From: Octopus sinensis
Lineage: Eukaryota
DNA length: 30,455 bases
Assembly: GCF_006345805.1 (NCBI RefSeq)
Contig: NW_021832481.1
Coordinates: forward strand, 1-30,455
Direction of reading: 5' to 3'
Part shown: one piece after another, positions 23,031 to 30,455 of the stretch
Layout: the number at the start of each line of letters is the position of its first letter
Numbering within the stretch: position 1 is the first letter of the stretch
Notes under the pieces: model-generated
The model's input: the letters and a program-made list of their open reading frames with translations, nothing else
Databases searched by the model: none
What the model was told of the DNA's origin: nothing
Translations under genes and position numbers: made by a program

Positions 23031-23632
23031 CACACACCAACACAATTTGTATACGCAAAATTATGATTTCCTTCATACTCACACACTCACTCACAAAAAT
23101 ACATCTGCAGACAAATGTTTATGAAGACATAAACATGTTTATGGATGCAAAATGTGTGCACAAGTTCACAGAAATGTCAAAAATAATAAATCATTTAGTA
23201 TACTTCAAAAACGTTCTAGCTATTTGAAATACCATAGGAGTTACCATAGCAACGATAAAAGAGGCATCTCTATATTATTTCTAGATCTTCAAAACAGACG
23301 TTATCAATGGAATGGTCCTTTAATTCATCTAAATTACTCGAGTTACTTTCATCTATGTAGGCTCCTTCATGTCTAGAATAAGCATTTTACAGAATTGGAT
23401 GTTTACGAAGCATTACATCTAAAACTAGAATTGATATATTGAAGCATTCTGCCAAAAAGACTACATATATTAAAGTATATTTAGCCTCGCTATATAAGAA
23501 AGTATTGGAGGTTAAGACCCACATTTAGCAAATTAATGCAGAAATACATATACGCCCAAAGCCAATGCGATTACATCTATACTAAGGTTTAACTCTTGAA
23601 TCAGAGTTGATACTAGTGATTCTCAGCATCTG

Positions 23633-23634
<2 letters not shown>

Positions 23635-23672
<38 letters not shown>

Positions 23673-23775
23673 TGTGTGTGTGTGCGTGCGTGTGTGGTAT
23701 GTGTGTATGTGTGTGAGTGTCTGCGTGCGTGTGTGTGTGTGTCTCTGTCTCTGTCTCTGTGTGTGCGTGCGTGAG
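23635..23775. repeat. (TG)n/(TGCG)n microsatellite
   Basis: Directly visible. Confidence 0.93.
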
Positions 23776-24412
23776 GCGGATGAGGAGGACGATTAGTTCA
23801 AAGTATCAGATGTTATCCGTCTAACTTTTCATTGTTCCTTCAAATAAAGGACTTTTGAAGGAAACAAAATTAAAACGTATCTTAATATCATCAGTTTATT
23901 GTGACATACGCTTGTGTTCAGTCAAAGAAGAACGTTTGAAGGAGAAAAAAAATTAAAACCAGCATCATTGGTTTCTTGTGACATACTCTTGTACAACACA
24001 AATGCCACTCCTAAGTATCCATAGTCAAATATCCTTAAGAGCAAGATTTCTGGGCGTTATTTCAACTGCAGATTTTGTATCAGGGGACCTTCTCTTAGAC
24101 GTTTCTAATAAAAGGACTTATGTCCATACAAATTTCATTATGAGGTTTTCTGTTCCGAATGTTCTTGATAAACTTTATCATCTTCTAGATATTTTGTCTC
24201 TCAATACTAAACAAAATTTACCGGCCCGAGGGGTGACTTATTCTCGTGCCAGACACCAAGCACGTATCTACCTTTCTTTTAAACCCTAGACCTGCTAATT
24301 GATCAAGGTGTCTTTTAGGTATTACTAAACATTCTCACTTTCTTGTGCACTTTTGGATATATATCTGTATCTGTCTGTCTATCTATCTATTGATCTAAAT
24401 AGATAGATAGAT

Positions 24413-24815
24413 AAAAATTCTATAATTATAAGCATAATTATAATTAGGGTTCAGCAAATTGCTTCACCACATACCGAAATTTAGAAATAGCAGTTAAATA
24501 CTATTCCTCAACCATAAGATATCTCCCAGACAGCAATACTCTCAATTCGCGTAGGTAAAGAGAAAAGAATAACGAATCCACCTGGCTTTGATCAACCACA
24601 TACGCGTTTCTGGATTAAAGAGATGTAAAATTTTTATTTTTACTCACTTATTTCCGTCTTCAGTGTAGTATTTCAATTGTAAAAGTTGTAAATTTGAGAG
24701 TACTAATAATAGTATTATTAGGAATAGTATTTAACTGCTATTTCTAAATTTCGGTATGTGATGAAACAATTTGTTGAACCCTAATTATAATTATGCTTAT
24801 AATTATAGAATTTTT
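24413..24815. mobile_element. MITE-like foldback element with 96-bp terminal inverted repeats
   Basis: 24413-24508 is the reverse complement of 24720-24815 with 3 mismatches; 211-bp non-coding spacer. No clear TSD. Confidence 0.8.
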
Positions 24816-24916
24816 GCATAAGGTTACCGATAAAGATTCTTTTAGCATACCGAACTACTAGGTAAAATTATGAATTGTTAATTGATTGATTAATTTTACC
24901 CTTTATTATAATTGAA

Positions 24917-24917
24917 A

Positions 24918-24988
<71 letters not shown>

Positions 24989-25062
24989 TGTATGTATATA
25001 GGTAGGTAGGTAGGTAGGTAGGAGGTAGGTAGGTAGGTAGGTATGTAGGTAGGTACATACAT
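24917..25062. repeat. (GATA)n-(GGTA)n microsatellite
   Basis: Directly visible. Confidence 0.95.
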
Positions 25063-25578
25063 GGTGGTGGTGGCTACCCACTCGTTATCGAGTATGGCCA
25101 TTGCACGAAGCTTAATCAAAGTTGTTATCGTGCAATGCCTGTGCAAGAAGATTTTTTTTTAAGTGAGGAAAGGCTGTGCACTGAGTCAATCCCACTCAGT
25201 AAGCAACAGCAGCCATAATCCGAAAAGAAGAACAAGTCAACATCATCGGTAACCCCTGAGCCGCAGGTTTTATGTCGGAGTTATCCCAGTTACCTGAGTT
25301 ACCTTCTCCTAGAAGGATGCCCTAACAAAGGCTAGGAGTCCTTCACTCCTAATGGTTTAACCGCGCGATCGGGTATTCAGTCCGATTATTTCTATGTCCC
25401 CGCGCATTATACTAATTTATTGACAGGTTTTGTTTTTCATCCCGCAGGATGTCCAATAAACACCCTCCTCACCAAGCAAGCTTGGTGGAGTTACCGGTTT
25501 AGTCGCCGACAACCCGACCATGCAACAGGTTGTACTGGGTTACATGTTACCAGTAGCACTCGAAAGTGACCTGACATA
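25063..25578 (-). mobile_element. 516-bp non-coding retroposon, probably RTE-derived non-autonomous element
   Basis: Flanked by 12-bp direct repeat AGGTACATACAT (25051-25062 and 25579-25590). Minus strand ends in (CCA)3-like tail and contains CTAGGAGAAGGTAACTC (25312-25296), resembling the RTE 5'-UTR motif CTAGGAGAAGGAAAACTC as I recall it. No tRNA head, no ORF. Confidence 0.65.
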
Positions 25579-25580
25579 AG

Positions 25581-25727
25581 GTACATACATACATACATAC
25601 ATACATACATACATACATACATACATACATACATACATACATACATACATACATACATACATACATACATACATACATACATACATACATACATACATAC
25701 ATACATACATACATACATACATACATA
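25581..25727. repeat. Perfect (TACA)n microsatellite
   Basis: Directly visible. Confidence 0.98.
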
Positions 25728-26055
25728 GTTAGATAGATAGATAGTCAGAAAAGACTTCCTATTTTAAACAACGAAACCCCTACTGTTTGGAAGTTAAGAG
25801 ATTGTTATTCACCACCCTTTCAAACATTTTGATGATATGAGAGGTGAACCGGGTAATGGATTCTATGTACTAATCAACAAAATGAACAGCCTATCCTTTC
25901 GAAGGGTTCCCACATAGTTCCTTTGCAAATTTCAGTAACAACGCTTCTGACAACGCATGACTGAGTTAGAAAATACTTTCCTAAATTGATATTTAATGGG
26001 ATAGAGCGCAAAACCACGATGTTGCGAAGTGATCTTTCTAACAACTACACAAAAA

Positions 26056-26481
26056 GGCGCAGGAGTGGCTGTGTGGTAAGTAGCTTGCTAACCAACCACA
26101 TGGTTCCGGGTTCAGTCCCACTGCGTGGCATCTTGGGCAAGTGTCTTCTGCTATAGCCCCGGGCCGACCAATGCTTTGTGAGTGGATTTGGTAGACGGAA
26201 ACTGAAAGAAGCCTGTCGTATATATGTATATATATGTATATATATGTATGTGTGTGTGTGTTTGTGTGTCTGTGTTTGTCCCCCTAGCATTGCTTGACAA
26301 CCGATGCTGGCGTGTGTTTACGTCCCCGTCACTTAGCGGTTCGGCAAAAGAGACCGATGGAATAAGTACTGGGCTTACAAAGAATAAGTCCCGGGGTCGA
26401 TTTGCTCGACTAAAGGCGGTGCTCCAGCATTGCCACAGTCAAATGACTGAAACAAGTAAAAGAGTAAAGAGTAAAGAGTAA
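26056..26481 (+). mobile_element. tRNA-derived CORE-like SINE, family B, full-length
   Basis: GGCGCAGGAGTGGCTGTGTGGTAAG head, GGGTTCAGTCC B-box-like, GGCATCTTGGGCAAGTGTCTTC core, internal TA/TG microsatellite, 3' tail (TAAAGAG)3. Confidence 0.95.
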
Positions 26482-26719
26482 ATTATACCTGCACCTATGA
26501 ACAAAATTAGCAAAAATTGAAAAGAAATGTAGTTCCAGTTAGATTACGAACCGTCGACCATTTGGTTCGTATACTGAGTCACTAACTACACCATCAATAG
26601 AGATTCCATTATTTTCTAACAAGTTGTTAGGCGAATATCACTTTTGAACAGAATCAGTTGTTTGTGTGATTGAGCGTCTCTGTGTAATTTGTATGTGCAT
26701 ACGTGCGAGTATGTCTGGA

Positions 26720-26753
26720 AGTTTGTATGTGTATGTATGTACGTATGTATGTA

Positions 26754-26806
<53 letters not shown>

Positions 26807-26808
26807 TA

Positions 26809-26844
<36 letters not shown>

Positions 26845-26860
26845 TGTATGTATGTATGTA
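26720..26860. repeat. (TA)n-(TATG)n microsatellite
   Basis: Directly visible. Confidence 0.93.
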
Positions 26861-27559
26861 TGAGTGCGTAACTGGAATGTGGATGTATGGCTGTATTAGT
26901 GGCATGTGTGTGTCTTCGTATGTCTCTGCATATGTATAATTACAAGAATAACTGTGGAAGATGTGTGCACACACCTCCTTGTTTTTCGTATATATTTGTG
27001 AGTATACCTGTATGTCTGTGTGTGTGACTATGTATAGATACTAATGCGTGTGATCTTCGCAGTACGTAAATATATCTCATATGTCAAAATATTAAAGCAA
27101 CTCTTGCATTTAAATATCAATATTGTCTTCCATATTTATATCTTTCCTTCAGGAAAATCTTGATGTTCTTCCATCTATTGTTATCATCCACCCTTTCTCT
27201 TTCTATAGCCATACCTATCTTCATGTCTATCTTTATGTCTTCATATATTTATGGCTTCATATAACCATGTATTGTTATCTGCAATGTTTCATATCTTTAC
27301 GCCAACCCATCTTTCTGTTAGTCTTTCTACTTATCACTCTGCTGAAGTATAATAAGATTTCTCTGCCAGTGGGACCAAGGAAATTCACTTTCCTCTTTCA
27401 AATAGCTTTTATTTGTTTGCTTTTCTTTACATTCCGTTCCGTTCTTTATCCGTTTATCTCACTCAGCAGTTTTATTCTTCATCTGTTTAAATCCAGACAT
27501 CATTCATTTATAAAGCCATTTTGGATAGCTTTTATATTATATATTATTCATGAAAAAAA

Positions 27560-28566
27560 CACTGTGATTCATATACAATTGTAAGTATATACATATATAA
27601 AAGAATACTGATATATATGTATATGAATGTATATGTATATACATAGATGCATGTATTCATACATACGTATATACACATGTATATGAATACATTTATATAT
27701 ACAAATACACACACACACACGCACACATATATATATATATATATATATAAATATACGTATGTGTTTGTGTGTATATGTGTATATGTATCTCATTACGCAA
27801 CAACATACCCACTAACATATACCATATATACATACACCCAGACACATACACACACGATCCTTCTTCCTACCCCCCACACATATACACTGCACCCAGGCTT
27901 TCATTACAGTACCCCGTGATACCCATCTTCGCACTTATAGCAACATGCATATAATAACGCGATCATACTTCCCGACACCTATTACTTTTGTCACCTCTAT
28001 TCCACCTAACACCTCTGTCGAGTATGACAAACATAACATCGTCATACACACATACAAACATAAACACACACGCGTACGCGCATACACGCGTTTACACATG
28101 CACAAACATACACATTAAACATACATACAATAGCTTCATGTATACACATACAGAAGTTTCATAGCTCATACACACCCAAACACACACAGAGAAAACAGGT
28201 ACACGCACACTTCTACACATACACATTCACACACACACACACACAAACAAACACACACAATATGTACATACACAGTAGCTTCATACACACGAGTATGCGC
28301 ATACATGTCTCATAGCCTCGTACACACACACACGTAAACACAGATACACACAGCATACAAACATAACAGCTTTAGACATACGCGCGCACTTGCACTTACA
28401 CTCACACACACACATAAACACACATACTTCGATAACCTCATACACAAACACACATACACAAAAGAAAAACATACCTCAGATTAATACACACAGAAAATAT
28501 GGACTCTCACACGTGGGCATACACGCATATACACACGTACAGACACAGATTATACATCAGCTTCAT

Positions 28567-28620
<54 letters not shown>

Positions 28621-28630
28621 ATACACACAC
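27560..28630. repeat. Degenerate TA/CA low-complexity field
   Basis: Directly visible AC-rich decayed repeats ending in a pure (CA)n at 28570-28618. Confidence 0.8.
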
Positions 28631-28776
28631 TCAAACACATATATCCCAGTTTCATAGTGAATGCGACTCACTCCTCTAGCAACCTCTTTCTATTCCTGGT
28701 CATTTCAGTATGCAGTAACCGTCTAACTGAGACACTTTTTTTACTTTCTCCATTTTTCTTTCTTCGTCTCCTTTAG

Positions 28777-28782
28777 AAGACC
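28777..28782 (+). other. Candidate 6-nt micro-exon (AAGACC)
   Basis: CTAAC at 28723-28727, ~40-nt pyrimidine tract, TAG|AAGACC|GTATGT, TGCATG at 28844-28849. Sequence signals only; no transcript evidence. Confidence 0.3.
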
Positions 28783-29287
28783 GTATGTTCATAAAAGGCA
28801 TTTCCTTCTATTCTATTTCCCTGAACGTAAACCTAATACTTTCTGCATGTTTTTTTTTTTATTTTTACCGTGTCTTGTGTTATTCATAATCTCTGTACCA
28901 TATGTGTGTGTATGCGTGTATGTGTGTGTGTGTGTAAGTATGTATGAATGTGCATATGTATATAAATATATATCTGTGTGTGTGTGTAACTATGTAACTA
29001 TACATGCACTAATCTAAGAGATAAAAAAAAGACACAGACCAACTATATACATCGCCTATTTATAGTCAATGTTTAAAATTGAATGCCTTGTACTCCCTCA
29101 TGTCATTAGCGCGTAGCCAGAAGCATTGTATAGACTGAACTTAAGGAGGTTTAGGTGTCTTAGAAATATATGTAACATAAAAAAAAATCAACAAATATAT
29201 ATAAATATTTATTATGGAAAACGAGATTTATAAAAAATTTAAATATATTTATCTACGTAAAAACATAAAATTTGGTGGTGGAGAGTT

Positions 29288-29712
29288 GGAGTGGCTGTGT
29301 GGTAAATAGCTTGCGAACCAACCAAATGATTCCGGGTTCAGTCCCATGCGTGGCATCTTGGGCAAGTGTCTTCTGCTATAGCCCCGGGCCGACCAATGCC
29401 TTGTGAGGGATTTGGGTAGACGGAAACTGAAAGAAGCCGGTACGTATAGAGTGATATATTATATATATATTATATATATATATATATATATATGGGTGTG
29501 TGTTTGTGTGTCTGTGTTTGTTCCCCTAGCATTGCTTGACAACCGATGCTGGCGTGTGTTTACGACCCCGTCACTTAGCGGTTCAGCAAAAAAGAGCGAT
29601 CGATGAATAAGTACTGGGCTTACAAAAAGAATAAGTCCCGGGGTCGATTTGCTCAACTAAAGGCGGTGCCTCCAGCATGGTCGCAGTCAAATGACTGGAA
29701 CAAGAAAAAGAG
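29288..29712 (+). mobile_element. tRNA-derived CORE-like SINE, family B, flanked by ~92-bp direct repeats
   Basis: Collinear with 26056 (missing the first few nt). Flanks 29196-29287 and 29713-29807 are copies of each other. Confidence 0.93.
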
Positions 29713-29831
29713 TATATATAAATATTATATTATGGAAAACGAGATTTATAAAATTTATTATATATTTATCTACGTAAAAACATAAATTTGGTGGTGGGTG
29801 GAGAGTTATCAGTTTAATATTAAATACTAAT

Positions 29832-30218
29832 GAAGAAACGTTAGCACGCCAGGCGAACTGCTTAACAGCATTTCGTCTAGTGTTACCTTCTGAGTTCAAA
29901 TCCGCCGAGGTCGACTTTGCCTTTCATCCTTTCGGGGTCGATAAATAAGTACCAGTTAGGACTTGGGTCGATATAATCGACTTAATCCGTTTGTCTCTCC
30001 TTGTTTGTCCTTCTCTGTGTTTAGTCCTTGTGGATAGTAAAGAAATTGGGCATTTCGTCTGCGTTACGTTCTGAGTTCAAATTCCGCCGAGCTGACTTTA
30101 CCTTTCATCTTTCGGGGTCGATTAAATAAGTACGCATTGGGGTCGGTGTAATCGACTTAATCCCTTGTCGGTCTTTGTTTCCCCTGGATGTTTATCCCCC
30201 TCTGGGCAATAAAGAAAC
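29832..30218 (+). mobile_element. Head-to-tail dimer of SINE family C (tail C1)
   Basis: Unit 1 29832-30047; unit 2 30048-30218 restarts at GCATTTCGTCTG. 16-bp direct repeat AATATTAAATACTAAT at 29816-29831 and 30220-30235. Confidence 0.9.
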
Positions 30219-30295
30219 AAATATTAAATACTAATACTAATATTAGATACATTAATTACTAAAAGCAAATGATATTAATATTCTTAATATTATTA

Positions 30296-30455
30296 AGGCG
30301 GTGATGGCTGGAAGAAGCGTTTGCACGCGGGGAAGGAAAGAAACGCTTAGCGGCATTTCGTCCGTCTTTACGTTATGAGCTCAAATTCCGTCGAGGTCGA
30401 TTTTACCTTTCATTCCTTCTAGGTCGATAAAATTCGTACCAGTTGAGCACTGATA
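30296..30455 (+). mobile_element. SINE family C (C2-like), truncated by window end
   Basis: AAGGCGGTGA head, CGGCATTTCGTCCGTCTTTACGTT..GAGGTCGATTTTACCTTTC..GTACCAGTTGAGCACTG. Confidence 0.85.

Noticed and set aside
23978-24340. 103-aa + ORF; minus-strand FKRKVDTCL faintly like a CR1 ORF2 C-terminus
   Set aside because: One short motif only; the + ORF has a GTG start and no recognised homology.
27123-27584. 153-aa hydrophobic ORF after a good acceptor
   Set aside because: Pyrimidine-rich strands lack stops and give F/L/I/S-rich pseudo-membrane ORFs; no GPCR or channel motif.

Overview
Eukaryotic, AT-rich, non-coding-looking DNA. The repeat content (tRNA-headed SINE families, very dense TA/TG/GATA/TACA/GAT/GAA microsatellites) is what I recognise from Octopus genomes; that assignment is from memory, not a search. 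No intact protein-coding gene, rRNA, true tRNA or CRISPR array is supportable, and nearly all listed ORFs are microsatellite or low-complexity read-through. Supported content: a decayed CR1/L2/Jockey-type LINE endonuclease fragment (1-690, -), an internally deleted DD37D/maT-like Tc1/mariner (3129-3993), 14 tRNA-derived SINE units in three head families (13 on +), a probable RTE-related 516-bp retroposon with a 12-bp TSD, a 403-bp MITE-like element with 96-bp TIRs, a 102-bp near-palindrome, and weak remnants of a Penelope-like RT. The most interesting leads are: a ~92-bp direct repeat flanking one SINE, a SINE dimer bounded by one 16-bp TSD, strong SINE orientation bias, a possible twin-priming-type inversion of the Penelope remnant, and two similar 6-nt micro-exon candidates (ATGACC, AAGACC) on +. 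I found no firm evidence of a wholly new system; the micro-exon ideas are speculative because such patterns also arise by chance here.
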